Below are positions 12,894-27,413 of a stretch of 64,000 nt of DNA, in pieces. The stretch is taken from positions 248,001-312,000 of the forward strand of contig JAQGDQ010002384.1 of NCBI GenBank assembly GCA_030141605.1, given 5' to 3'. The translations under genes were made by a program, and so were the position numbers. Source of the DNA: Tubiluchus corallicola. Taxonomy: Eukaryota; Animalia; Priapulida. The notes under the pieces are model-generated. The model ran no database searches. It worked only from the letters and a program-made list of their open reading frames with translations, and was not told where the DNA came from. Every line of letters begins with the position of its first letter. The stretch's first letter is position 1.

Positions 12894-15800
12894 GTAAGCA
12901 GTAATTTCCCAGTAAACGCTTACTATATTATCCACAAGCCAAGCAAGGTACAAGTGTCACCTTGCTTCACCTTTGTTATTAGAGCTCTTCTTATTACCAT
13001 TATGACAGAGTCTGAGCGTGAGACACGTGCTAAGGTGTCGATTACGTACAGTATAATTAAATATGATTGATTATACAGATTTACAGTTACATTACATATA
13101 TAAAATTCATAATCGCAAATTACAATTAAACCTTTGTGATGCTATTCCTTTGGGCAAAGTTATGTTTGTAATTAGCACCACCACCTTATGTCCACAAAAA
13201 ACATTGCTTTTGCAATTATTTGTTTACCTCTAAATCTCCATACACAATACAAATATGTGATTAAAGTAGTGTTGCCACTTATACCATAATTAACAGAACA
13301 TACACGTTCATGATACAAAAAAGAGACTATACAATAATCGATAATTGTATGATAATTTAGTATTGCGAAACTAAAAAGCAAGGCATGAAAAATTGTGCAT
13401 TGAAAAATTTAAAACATTACTGCTAACGAGTGGGAAATAAACAAACTTTGATTTCAACTGATTTTAAATATTCCACGACTCAGCTTTAAACATTCACAAA
13501 GCTTTAATAAAAAAATTTTGTTTGAAAGAGATTTTTTCACAATTTTTTTGTGGCCGGCCCTAGCATTTACCACAATTAATAACTTTTTTAGATGTTAATC
13601 ATTATTTCACTTATCACTGTATTAGTAGTGACAGCACATGTATAATCAGTCGCAATTAACTTATGCAGAATCTCCTGGAAATTAGATTTTAATTCATTTT
13701 ATTTCATTAACTCGTTCATTCGAAAAATATAGCATAGTTTTGGTAAATTATAGTAATTAAATTATATTATATTAGATAACCGTTACTCACTTAAACACCA
13801 ATATCGGTGCATTACAGATGCAAAAACATTGAGATTATGTGATAATTTCATCGTTCTTCTGGTGTGTGAATGTTTTCTTGTAAAGTTAATACATAAAAAT
13901 CGTACTTCCAAAGCTTTATTATGAAACACATAACTAACGGCGTGTATGGACTAAATGACAAGTCAGCAAACAGTTGTTAGTTATTGTAATTATTGTATCG
14001 CCTTCAGCATAAATAAATTTATATTGTTTCATTTTATGACGAAATAATATAAAGCCTTTTATGCCAATGACTGTTAGTGAAACTGATTGTTAACGAATAA
14101 TGGCCAGAAATAAACACAGTTACTCTTCCACTCTAAAGCGCAGAGGAGCGTGGGATAGAAATGCACCTTGAAATTGAATAATGGCCATTGTCGGCAGAAC
14201 AAACTCGCGCTGTGCTTCTGCTCCCTGGCTCAGTGATAATTCTACATGAAGCCATGTTCTATGGCGTATAGTCAAGAGAATGAAGCCTGCGCCTGCTGTA
14301 ATAAGAGTCTTGGATCAATATTTGCTTTCCCAGCTCCTGTAATACTGGACAGTGTGTTCGTGTACTATACCAGATCCAGGCTAGAATCTCCCTGCACATG
14401 TCTTCATTTCCTGTAGGTTTGTTTGTTTGCACCCTGGATTAAAATTGTCTTTTTCATTGTGCAATCTTCAGTTTTCCATCTTGGAATCTTCAGTAGCTTG
14501 GGAAGAGTTTTTTCAAATGTCCACTTGTGGGTTTCAGGATTTTCGTATAGAATACCTGTAATTCAACTGTACTGTTTCATTGTACTCGCAAAGTACAACC
14601 TCTTGTGGCAGGTCTACAACCTGTGTAGACTATAGACACAATCCTTATTGAATCTGTAGATAAATAATCATGATATATCTAAATTTATGTTATCCATCTT
14701 GGCCTAAGCTCATGATAAGGGTCCGTACATACTATTAATCTGGTATGAATTTTCATTTTTTTATTATTTAACCGATCTCTATCTCCCTAGCTAGCAGCGT
14801 GTATCAACTGTTTACCACCGGGTCTATGTAATCCTAAAAACATGAAGAGTGTTCAACAAATGACCTTAGGAGAAAATATGTCGTTATAATATTTCGATTT
14901 CAATGGCTTGATGAAAACAAACGTGACACTTTTCGTTTTGTTTAATAGATATAGTTTTATATTGAGCTCCATACAAGCTGCCTCCTTTCATGTTAATTCA
15001 TTTAGGTGGTTGCTGTGTAATCGATTGTCCATGTTGCCCTGTTAGTTGTTGGCTGCCCTACAGCAGCTTCAGCGTTTTTCCCCGTGTTTATGCAAGCAAA
15101 TCTAAAAAAACACTGTTTTTATTCGCATCCGCGCTGTCATGCGGATGCTGCTTGCACTCATTAACGAAGATATGGATTGAGGCAATTGCACGTACACGGT
15201 TATTGAATTGCTTGGTAATTGTATAACTTGCTGGGAATGATCAAACATTGAGAGCGCAGTCTGTAGACACTATACGCTCTTGCTGATTATTGTAATATTT
15301 GTATATATCATATTGATAACATTGAGGTCGTTTATTGTTTGTCGAAATTGCTGATGATTTGGAATTTGACAGCAGTGCGTTATGTTGTTATGCCAAATAT
15401 CCTAAAGGTTTCTATTATGACATTAAATGTGTATTGAAGTATCAAAAGCATAAAGCTCAATAAACCGTGAATTGCCATATATATTTTGCTTGCACAGGCT
15501 CAGAACAGTAACTTTCCACAAAATAGTAATATTTATTTTACATGTATAACACAATTTTCACATTTAGCAAATTCCTTCAAATATAATTATAGGCAATGTT
15601 TTCTCCATTACCGAGCTCTGAATGCCCAATATATTTTAAAGTAGTCTGATTGTTTTTAAGGTATGATGACTACCTGAAGAGATATACTATGAACATATTA
15701 ATTCACCTATTGCTTCTTATTTATTTTTATCCTAACATATTAATTCACCTATTGTTTCTTATTTAGTTTATCCTAAATTTTTGCATTGTTTTCTTTCAAT

Positions 15801-16168
15801 AATCACCATTTTTGTATTTGTATATAAAAGTTTTCAAGATGGTAATAGGCTAATATTGTTTCTTACGTTTTTCTTACGTTTTTGCCTTTTCAGCCATTGT
15901 ATTGATCACTGTTTGTTATTTCATGCAAACTAACGTCGCCAGAATTAAAGTTAGTTTGACTCAAGGGTCATTACGGTTTCTTGTCTTTTCATTTCTGCGT
16001 ACATTATTAATTAACAAAGTAAACAAAGTTGAATTTAATTAAATTTTTAGGCCTATTTTATATAAGCGTTAGTTAAATTGTTGCCAATTTTTTGATGTGT
16101 TAGCTATGGGTACTATTCTGAGACATTTTGATTGCATGCTTTTTACTGACCTTTTTCTTCTTTTTCAG

Positions 16169-16293
16169 TTTGTGGTGATATTCACGGTCAGTTCTATGAC
16201 CTTATGAAACTGTTTGAAGTGGGTGGTCCACCCTCATCGACGCGGTATCTTTTTCTTGGTGATTATGTTGATAGGGGATATTTTAGTATAGAG
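16169..16293 (+). CDS. PPP3CA: Calcineurin A exon 3 ([12 protein letters not shown]...[12 protein letters not shown]), 125 nt
   Basis: PPP-family metal-binding motifs GDIHG and GDYVDRG; tttttcag acceptor, GAG|GTATGT donor; phase fits exon 2. Confidence 0.97.
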
Positions 16294-18994
16294 GTATGTA
16301 TGAGAAAGTGATGCTTAATGAATTATATACATGTGTTAATTGAACGTGTGTTAGTCATTACAAAATAATTTATTTATTCCAGTGCCAGATGTGACAGAAA
16401 AGCTGCATAATGCAAATCTTGAGCTTTACACTAAGAAATATAAGACAAATGAGGCCAAATTTCTGAGTATGATAAGAAATATCAGATAAATATTAAAGTA
16501 AGAATGAAACAAAAGGTCTAACCACCAACAGTATCATTTAGTTATGAAAGTAGTATTTAGATGAAGGGTTGTAAAAAGCATGTGGACTATCGAGTCAGAC
16601 ACCCCGAACCTTCACAGCTGTCAGCACTTGAATCACTGATTAAGCATTCTTCAAAATTCAGCCACTTCAAATTAGAGCAAAATGCAAATTACTTAGTGTA
16701 ATTTTTCCACCTCTTGCCAATTAAATTATTATGAATAAAACTTAATAAATGTTTTAGTAAGCAACATCTCTAAACATTTTCCCTTATTGCGACAAGCTAC
16801 AAAAAATGTGTAAAATCACATGACTAAAGTGCAATAAGCCTACATAACCACTGAAGAATTGTTCATATTGGCATCTAATTTTGTTAAATTTAGTTAAAAT
16901 AACTTTTGGTTTTAAAAGATTTAAAAAAGCATATTTATTTAAAAAACATGCATGCAGTTTTCAAAATAAAATTATTCCACCTTACGTTAGATAATGGTGA
17001 TACCATATGTAATTTGCTGTTTACTGTAATAATCACTGTCCTGCTGTGAAATTATCTCAGAAGTAGAATTGTCTGTTTCTAAGCTTGAGTTAGACATGTA
17101 AAGGCACTTTAATATAAACATCATATATTTTCAGCGCTCTAATATTTACATCAAAGTAGGATGTAATTTGAAATTTCTTTTTTAAGCGCATGTATCGGTT
17201 TTATTCTTTCCTGTGTCAGTTTGTTTGTTGGGTAATTCTTAATGTTTGAAGTGACAGCCTCATTGTATCAAATTCTTTATTAACATTGCATCGTTGATGC
17301 AATTTTCATTGAGGATAATGTAAGTGGTACTTGAGTACTCGTTGTCAAACACACGCGGAGTTTCTTACATTCGCAGATAGTTACAATACTAACACTGGGA
17401 CAGTTTTATTCAGAATTTAAAAACATTTAAATTGCTTTAAAATGTCTCCATGTCATCGGTATACAGTTATTTTTCTGCCAGGTAGTTTTCTCAAGTTCTC
17501 ATTGTTCATTTTATTGTCTGAACTCCTAATGATTGTGATTATTCATCTAAATTATTAGCAGTGGTGGACCCATTGTAATGTTTCTGCTAGATCAAAATGT
17601 AAAACAACTCCCTGATACTTAGTTTCACATATCAAATGAAAGTAAAAATTTCAAGCAAATAAAGTTTTACATCTTTTCAATATTGTTTTATTTATTTGTG
17701 TTTATCCATGCACAATACAAAACTAGTAAATTTTAGTAGTGTTATAAGAAAACTGAAAATCTCACATACATAGAACAGTCAATCCAAGTATCTTACATGC
17801 CATAACTTGAAAATGGTTTTGAAGCATAATTGTGGAATATTCTTTAGCTGATGAATTTTATCTTCAGTTAAGGATACAAAGTTTAGAACAGCACTAGTTA
17901 AAATGGTAGGGCATATAAAAAGTGATCCAAACCGTTTAAATAACAGCTAAGTAATCCCCACATCGCATTTGCTTTGGCCCCTTACGAATACGTCCGACTC
18001 TTTAAAGATAGTCAAACAACATACCTTGATTGCTGTGCTAACCAGTGCATCAGGTAAATATCATTTACATTAAGTGATTTCCTTCCTTTACAATAGGATA
18101 CTCTTCGAATATAGTAGATGGGTCCACCTAAGTCTTAAGCTACATATATTATGAACGATTTGTACCTTGAAGCATAATTTTCTAACTTTATACTATGTAC
18201 TTAATTATTGTTTAGTATGGCTTGCAAACTAGCAGCATTATGTAAAGTTATATTTTTTCAGTGAAATATTTTTCTTTTAACCATTTCGTAATTTTTAAAA
18301 TTACTACCACATTTTGGTAAATATATCAGTTTGGTTATTCAGTTCGCAGTTCAGTGCACAAGGCACAGTGCACTTTTCGCCCATGGAGTACACATACATT
18401 GAACACATGCTTTGTGTCAACATTTTGTTTAGTGTATAAACATTCATTGTAATAAAATTTAGTATTCAGATTGATTGATGAACTTTCAGACAGCCTGGTC
18501 CGGTATACTGTTCTGACTCCTGTAAATTTTTATACTGGAGTGTCTGTTATCTGGCTTTTGTTATAGTACCTCTAAAAAACTTTAATTATGCAAATAATGA
18601 CCATTGAAATAAGATCACAAAATCAATTGTCGCACACGCTGTGTTCCAACAAGCTCTAGTACAGGTTGAATATATTGAATAAAAACAAAATTCTTTTGAA
18701 TGAAGTTATACGAAGTTTGAATGTTTAAACTCTACTGATGAACATGATGCATATTCAACTGAACTGCTGCAAGCATTTAACTTCAGCATAGGGTCTTGGA
18801 ACTATGTGCTACTCTAGATGTTACCTGAATGTAACATTGGGCATTGTACATTTGTTAAACATTTAAATTGTATATATAAACTGAGTAGGCTATACAAATT
18901 CTGCTTAAGTAGGTTGGCTGAAATCTTACAATGTTCACTTTTTTCGTACTATGAAAAAATATTTTGTGACAGACAAAGTTATTTTTCATTTCAG

Positions 18995-19106
18995 TGTGTA
19001 GTTTATCTATGGGCGCTGAAACTGCTTTACCCTACCACATTATTCCTGCTAAGGGGAAACCATGAGTGTAGACACCTCACAGAGTATTTCACATTTAAAA
19101 CAGAAT
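18995..19106 (+). CDS. PPP3CA: Calcineurin A exon 4 (CVVYLWALK...[20 protein letters not shown]), 112 nt
   Basis: RGNHE catalytic motif; tttcag acceptor, T|GTAAGT donor. Confidence 0.97.
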
Positions 19107-19499
19107 GTAAGTTCACTTTTCTTGTTTGTGTGTATTGGTTTATGGGTAAATGTTCGGTAAATGTTGTTGTGAATGTTGTTCAATGCAATGTGATGTTTCA
19201 AACATTGGCTGCAAGTTTTACAGGAATGCACAGGTAACAATAGCAGATTGTATGCTTTTAAAACTAACTATCTTCTAGATGATATATAACCTTTTATTAG
19301 TTGCTTCCAGTATTTCACGTTTGCATTATGACCGTTCAGTTCTGGCCATACGACTTGCCGTACGCGGAACTAATGTACTTCACCGCTCTACTGGCTGACT
19401 TTATAACAGCTGGATGAGTGAAGCATTTAACTGCTATAACCGGGATTATATTAGGCCTTTTTAGTTAGTTTTAACCTGTTGAGTAAGGTAGGTCATCGC

Positions 19500-20810
19500 T
19501 ACTTTTCTCGCATTTGCACAATCAATCTTCTGCTAGCCACCAAGGACAAAATGTGCATATCATACATTTGCTTGCTTCCAGCTGTCAGAGAAATAATGCG
19601 AAGACATGTATCGTACATTTCGCTGCCACCAATCACCAGACAAATATTGCCTTTCCTGCTCCCAACCACCAGAGAAATAATGCTAAGGTGCATGTATCAT
19701 GCATTGTCTTACTACCAATCACCAAGGAAATAATACCGAGGCACATGTAGTACATTTTTTGTTGTTCCGACCTCCTATATATGTCTCTCACTTCCCTGAT
19801 GTCAATGACCAGAGAAATAATGCCATGACACACGTATTACGCATTGTCCTATTGCCAGCCAGCAAGGTAATAATTTAGAGATATCGCACATTTCTATGCT
19901 GCCACCTGCCAAAGAAATAATGCCGAGCCATATGTATCATGCTTATCATGCCAACCACCAGAGATATAATTGCCAACCACCGAAATGAATGTATTATCCA
20001 TTGCCCTGCTTTCAGCCACCACGGAAGTAATGCAGAGGCGTAATGCAAAATGCATTTCCCTGCTGCCAGCAACCAGGGTAATAATGTCAAGACACTCATA
20101 CTATGAATTGCCCCACAGCCACCTACCAAGGAAATAATGTTGAGACATGTGTATCATGGATTTCCTTGCTGTCAGGTACCTGAGAAATAATGCTGAGACA
20201 TATGCATCATGCACTTCCCTGCTGCCAGCCACTAGGATAATAGACACATACGTATCATCTGGAGAAGAAGGAAAGTCAATAAATTTGTTCTGGAGAAATG
20301 CCATTTTCCAACACCAAATCATATCTACTATTCTAGTAGGATAAGCTCAGTTTTGAGCATGTTATTCCTGCAGATGACTCACTGCAAAAAGACATCTTGT
20401 TTGGTAAAGTCCAAGATAACAACTCCGGGTCTAGATCTGTTGAAGGACCTAGTTGAAGTGAGATCACTGCAGGAGATGATGGAGCAAGCAAGAGATAGAC
20501 ATGTATGGAGAGAGAGAGAGATAGTCTGTGATGTCACCAGGGGTCGAATATGACCAACTAGAAAATGATGATATGTATCGCACATTTCTCTGCTTCTAGT
20601 CACCAAGGAAACGTCGTCAAGAATGTGTCATGCTGTTTTTTTCTGCCAGCCACCAAGGACATAATGCGGAGACGCACATGTCACTCATTTCCCCGGTGCC
20701 ATTCGCTAAGGAAATGGTCCCGAGGTACATGTATCAGGCAATTCCTTCCTGCCAGCCAGCAGGGACATAATGTAGAGACACATGTATTATGCATTTCTTT
20801 GCTGCAGAAT
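19500..20810. repeat. Degenerate ~60-bp tandem minisatellite (core ccaccaaggaaataatgcNgagacatgtatcatgcattt)
   Basis: Core motif recurs about every 60 bp; interrupted near 20260-20560; explains the cluster of overlapping spurious ORFs. Confidence 0.8.
20400..20560 (+). mobile_element. 3' remnant of an RTE-like LINE within the minisatellite
   Basis: LQEMMEQARDRHVWR...VTRGR resembles the RTE ORF C-terminus (A-x-DR-x-x-W). Confidence 0.5.
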
Positions 20811-22460
20811 ATCAAATTATTCAACTCATGGCTTTCCTGTAGATTTGTGAGCACTTTCGTAGTGTAATGTAAAAACAAGTTCTTGTATAGATGTGCAGAT
20901 CCATTTTAGTTGCATACGAAAGAGTCGCCTTTGACAAAGTTAGACAGTGAAGATAAAGCGTGTCAGCCTAGGTAGTACATGTAAAAAAGCTGGTACAGTT
21001 ACATGTGAACAGACAAAATGTGATTGTCTAACTGATGCCAAACTCAGTGAGTGCTACTAAGTTCTTTGCCTTATGATTGTTTATCTTTCGCATTTGACAG
21101 TTAAAGTTCAACAAATGAATGTGCAGAACACTATTTTAATTAGAAAAGAATTTTAAAGCATACTCTTTGTTATAAGATAATCACAATACCTTGAAAAAGT
21201 AAATTTTTTTGAAAATTCTGACAATTTTTTAACCCGAGACCAAATACATACTTGTATAAAATTAAACTGCCCTTTATAGAAATACTTAAATTGCTATACA
21301 GCAAATGTCAACATTCTTTGTTTTGTAGTCATTATTTCATTGTACATATCATTTAAGTACTTTTTGGATGGTAAAGACCAAATGTGAAATGTTGTGAATA
21401 TCCTATTTAGATGGATGATGAGGGAATCTAGCTTTAATTATGAACAAAACCACAAATGCCCATTTTGATTCTTGACGTTTCGATAGCAAAACTTGTCCAA
21501 AGTGTAAAATCTGTAGGCAAAAATTTTTTTTAACATTTAAACATATAAAATTGATTTATAAAAATACCTACAAACTTTCCAACATATTAGCAAAAATTCA
21601 AATAGCTACCATGTGCAACTAAACAAAAATTTAAGTGGCAAAGAAGTGCAGTACAACGTTCATGAAACACTTTTGATAAAAAATTATAACCTAGCCTCAA
21701 TAATTAGATGTCATCTTGCCACTAAAACTCTTCTAACTCATTGACTGGTCCTCACTGACTGGCTACCTCTAGTAGTTTGTCCATTTGCTAACTAAACTTG
21801 TGACTGCCTAGCTATCGTAGCTAAGAATGGACCAACACCACCCAGGGATTCTCACCATACTGTCCCGTCAGGATGGCAAATCGACCGAATAAGAGACAGA
21901 TGCTCATCAACTATACATGTGCAGCATGGAAATTTCCCAATTGGAACTCTTGGGTAAATTAGTGCTGAAAGTTTCGACGAAATGTTCTGGTACTTCACGT
22001 CTGGAGACATCAGCCGGGATTTTTCAAGTACCTCTTACACTAATTGTGGTTGAAGATCCAAGAATAACAGCCGTCTCTTGCGTGTGGCAAGTTTGTGCAA
22101 TTTGTAGAATGAGTGCTGGTGTTTCGACTGTTCTTGCTACTTACTGGTGTTTTTTTTGCTCTGCTACAGTCAAGTTTACAAACAAATATGAGTAATGTGT
22201 AGCATTGCTAAACATATGTTTGCTAGAGTATTTTTCTACTATACTATGAACACATTTATGTTATTACAGTAGTAAGTCATCTGGTGCTCTGTTTTTGAAA
22301 AGAAAACATTTTTATTCAAATCAGTAAACCTGGTCTTAAAGCAAAATTGATAGTACCCTTATATGCTACACTTGTATTCCATACTTTTGCGGCTACTGAA
22401 TTTTATTATTATTTAATTTTGTTCAGTTTTATTTATTATGACCATTCATATGGTTTTAAG

Positions 22461-22850
22461 TAGCAGTCTCTACCAGAAAGCAAATTCGAATCAAATTTGT
22501 CACTTTGGAATTCGAATGGAATCAAACTTTGGTATTTCGAATTCAAATTGAATTCGAATTGAGATTGAAAGACTTTCGAACGCGTTTTCGAACCACCAAC
22601 AAAAATTGTCTTACAAAGATCATAGTAAAAGACTTTTTCTGCAGCAAAACTTCTAATAATTTGTTTAAAAATTGTGCACAGAAATTTGAGCTAAATTACG
22701 CTAATTGCATAATGTTTCAAATGTTTTAATGATAAAGAACGCATGTGGTTGAAGTGCTGAATTATTCGAATCTATAGTTTTAGCTTCAAATCAAATTCGA
22801 ACTAAAAAAACTCGTTCGCATCGAATTCCAACGTTCGATTCTCGCCCCTA
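22461..22850. mobile_element. hAT-type MITE, copy 2
   Basis: Collinear with 9057-9453; perfect 8-bp TSD GTTTTAAG at 22453-60 and 22851-58. Confidence 0.85.
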
Positions 22851-25800
22851 GTTTTAAGTGCAGGGTTCATTTCTGAAAGTGAACATAATGTCCTTATGTC
22901 CTCCATCTTTGATGGAGAGGAACTGATTGTTTTAATGGAAATGATCTTTTACAGACCTGCCCATTGCCTAAAAAGGACCCGAATTAATGTTCTTCTTGTA
23001 TTTGTTATACGTGATGCTGATAATAGTGATTAGAGTTGTGAATGCTTTAAGAAAAATCAGACTAAATTGCTTAATAAGGTCTGGTGACCTCTTAATTAAA
23101 AAGTATTATATTATGTATTATGTTTTTATATTATAAGTGTTTACAAGCACATCATTAAACTTAAATGTCAACCATTAAGTATTGCTATTTCCCAAAAAGC
23201 TTTTGAAATGGTTACATTTGGTTAGTGCCTTTGATTCGAGAAAACTTGATAAGAAATTCTGCTTTCTCAAAAGCTCGCAAAATTAAATTAGTTCGAATTG
23301 GAGGCGGAATCCCAGTGGCTCTTCTCTCTGAGATTCATAATTGATAAGAACGTTTGAAATGTTCAGAAAAAGTCTGTTGCATCTGACACTGAAAGTCAGA
23401 CTCGGGCGTTTGATGTCATCAGTCTTTTTTTTTTGTGAAAGAGTAAATAACCAACGCAGCCACACATTGGTTATCAGTCACATAATAAAACCTAACAGTG
23501 ACACCATGTCATTCTAATAATATAATAAAATGTAATATTTATAAAAAAAACTATTTATTGCATCTGTTATACAACAGCCAAATGATACATATTAAAAGTA
23601 CACATTCTCACTTGGTTATATAATCAGTTTAAACATTTAACTGTTGTTAGCAACACTGTTAATAAGCATGATAAAAAACAATGTGAAGGGCCTACAGGTG
23701 AACTATTCAGGTAAATAGTGTTAATGTGTCAAGCATTAAATACGATAGTATATATACAGATTTACAAATTTACCACTATGTACAAGATAAAAGTTTTAAA
23801 AATTTTGCAGCCGTTTACATGTTATAATTTACATAAGAATGTCATCGTCTACATTTATATGTGTACCAAAGAATTTCGTGTGAACCTATTGTTGATTCGT
23901 GAGGAGTGTTCGGGACGTTTTCTCTTTTATTGTATGCAGATATATTTTATTTTAATGCACAAAGGCTGTTGAACCGGGCTGTGTTCACTTATCACTTATT
24001 TGCAAACCTGCTTGTGACCATATTTGTTGTTAGTTTTTATTTGCTTAATATTACTTGTTCTTGTATTAGTTGTTTGTCGTTGATGAAGGGTAATGGATTG
24101 CTGTTGAAAGCTGGCGTGGATCGTTTATGTATTTGTAAAGGAATAGCAAATTTTGATATTTGAAGATAGATTCAACTGTAGGTATATTTAGCTAGGTATA
24201 TGATACTGTGGCTCTCTGACTTCGTTGTGGTTTGTACTGGCTTCTCCAGCATTTCTCTGCAATCGTAATTCTTTCATTCCCGTGTCTTGCTTCCATCTTA
24301 TGTGTCACTAATAATTTCCCATGTAATTTTTCAGACACTATTTTGTTCGCCTGACACAGTATAAGGAAACTTTTGTGCCTGTATAATTTTAATGTATGAG
24401 AAATGTAAATGCAAATTGCGTAACGGATGTATATTAAATTTGGGTATACATTTTAATTTAATTTAATCGGTATATATTTTTTCGACCCTTAATACTGCAG
24501 GTATTAATGTTTGTAATACAATATTTGTGTTTTATGCGATTTGGTAAATTCATACAAATGTAGTTCTAGACTGATGGTCACTCATCTTCATCTTCAAATC
24601 TTTGAATTTTCTACTACACTGTACTTTTGTATACATTAGTTTTACTATGTATGAGCAATATAACGTGGCTTGTTCGTTATTTTTGCACATTTTGTCGTAT
24701 CGTATTTTGGACACAAATCAGAAAATGTCACAACACAACACATAAATCAGTTGAGACAATAAATTGTTTTTGTATATCAAACTAGTTAGTTTTGTAGTCC
24801 TAATTTCAAGATTGTGAATTGTTTAAATGTTGAAACTAACATTAACCAAAAGTATAGAAATGTGAAGCAGTCTACTAAACATTGTTCTGAACTTGTAATC
24901 CACAGTTTTATGATCCAAATCCTTTTTACATTCACTCACTTTTGATCAAGTTTCGTTTTAGATTTTCAATAATAATGGGTTTTCACCCTCAATTACAAAC
25001 AAGTTATTGCATAAATGTATTTGCTATATTTCCCTCTGTATATGTTAAGATTTCATTTTTGATGTGTGTAGTTGCATTTAAACTTTTAATCGCATTTAAC
25101 CTTGACGCTATTATTTTATTCTCTCCAGCCGAACTTCACCTTTATTGCCTTGGATTAGGAAATCTTACCAGTTGCCATTGGTAATCCAAGTCATCATAGC
25201 TTTCTGTATATTTTTGCAGAGCAATCTAGTGATATTTATATCTTCAAAGATTCTAGGACAATAAAGCCTAAGTGTGAATTCATGTAGGGTATACATGTAA
25301 TACCTTTGTTGCTATATCTTTTCCATCAATTTTTGTTTTTCTGGACTGTGAGGTTAGCAGGGTGTGTAACTTGGTGCCTAATAATTGTTTCCAGTTTTAT
25401 GTTATCATGTTCACTGATCATAAAATTTTCATTTCTGTAAAAGTAGAAGTTGCATAACTTATTCTTAATGGATATAATACCTTTGCTGCTACTATTGTTT
25501 TGTAAATAAACATCTTGTTGTTCATTTTATGCTTTCACATAATTATGCAAATACTTGAGCAGCCGTATGAGAGCACACAAAATTAAATTAAATTGCTAAG
25601 ATGATTCTTATGTTGCATTAACAACGTGAAAAGCTGTGTTAGTCTTAAATTACGTTACAAATAGCAGTGTGCGACCGAGACTCTGCTTAGCAAAAATTGG
25701 CGTGTCTATTTCACATGTCGCTCTATGCTAACATTGAACATCCATTTCCATTCTCATTCCTCAGTTTTCCAGAAGTCTGGCATTGAATGTGCTTAACGAG

Positions 25801-27094
25801 GCTTTGCTTAACCAATGTCACGAAAGTGGCCTACATTTTGTGGACAATTTCCTGCTAATCAGTTTAGCTAATAACGGGCGGTTTCAAGGCCTCTCTTGTC
25901 CACTTCGCCTAACAGACATCATGCACATTGTGCCATGATCAATAGCCTGACCATTGAAGCGGTAATGTTATTGATTGTTGTTATCGGCTTCATTGGCACT
26001 CTGTTCTTGGTTTCTGCGTTTAGCCATGCAGGTCATCCATTTTTATGTCTATGGCAGCAGTTACATGTTTGAGTTACAGTGCCAGATGATTCCTATCTGT
26101 TAATTATTTCCGCAATGAGAGTTTGTGGCATTTCATTGCTTTAATACTTTCTTTGCATTTAACTACGAGTAATAATTATTTGTTCAAGTCTGTAAATTAC
26201 TCTAAATTCATCATATTTCACCATCGCATCACAGCTTTATTTCTTTATAGTCAGTAGGATTCTTGTCAAGTTTTTATTTCACTGACAGACAGTTCTGTGT
26301 AAATTTTGTCTACTTTAATTTGCATACCTCAGTTTCACATCAAAAATTTAACACATTACCTATGGAATGAACTGAGTAAAATTTAATTTTTTCCCCATCA
26401 AAATTACAAGTCTTCAACAATTAACCCCGAATTAATTTTTTCTCCACACAATTACCACATCCAGATATTTGCACAAATACACAGGTAAAAATAAATGCTA
26501 ATGACAGTGAGTGAAGAAAGTGATGGGTTGTTGAGAGACTATTAGACAAGCTGTGGAGAAATGGCATAGCGTCATATCTAGGTGTCTTGACCACTATTGA
26601 AAAACGATTAGTGCTGATTTACTTATAAGTCTTCCTGTTGAGTAAATTAAATACCCCTCCTCCCCCCTTTCTTTGAATGCGTAGATTCTTGTGTAGTCAT
26701 TATAGGTAGTGAACGTTCCCTTGAAAAATTCATGCAGCTTTTAGGCCACAATGTGTACTTCACGGAGAATCTGTGTTTCATCGATCAGCTCCAAATGTAC
26801 GTCGGTTGTATTTCTAGCTCACATCGACCTGTAATGAACCGCCAACAAAGCCACTGAAAGGAGTCCGGGTCATAACGTCCCTGGTTTTGTGCCAAACTTT
26901 TCGTTCCAAGACCAAAAAGACCAATGAATGTCCACAGTGCAGTCAGGCAGTCGGTTACAAAATCAGCCAGTCGGTCACTTGCTTAACCAGCCTGTTAGTC
27001 AAGCCAACCGTGCTTTAACACACTGAGTGAATTTTACCAAGCAGGTTTTACACCAAACAAAAAAATTCTGGAATCCCGAATGCTTATTAATAGT

Positions 27095-27413
27095 CATACT
27101 ACACCCACCGCTGAACGGGCTATCTATCCATACCCAGTACCCCCCTCGGCCCGTTCCCGTTCTCTACATCTCAGCCGTATAACTTTTGCAATTTTTTGCA
27201 AAAAACGGTCGAAAAAGGGGCATTTTTGGAGGTTTTTCGCCTCCCCTTTCTCCCGGTGGGCCCGATTCGAAAAATAAACGATCAATGAGAAGACACTAGA
27301 TCGAGACCTTTCGTTTGATATATAGATCGCCGCAAATGGTGCCCTCGTCCGGGCTGTAGCCTCGAATCTTATATATATATATATACCAAGAATATTAATA
27401 TAAGAGTATAGAT
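27095..27413 (-). mobile_element. Helitron-like non-autonomous element
   Basis: Minus strand begins ATCTATACTCTTATATTAAT and ends with a GC-rich hairpin-like stretch then TGTAGT; GC-richer than flanks. Confidence 0.45.

Noticed and set aside
19479-20878. Cluster of overlapping ORFs on both strands, or a CRISPR-like array
   Set aside because: Explained by a degenerate minisatellite; no unique spacers or cas genes; eukaryotic intron.
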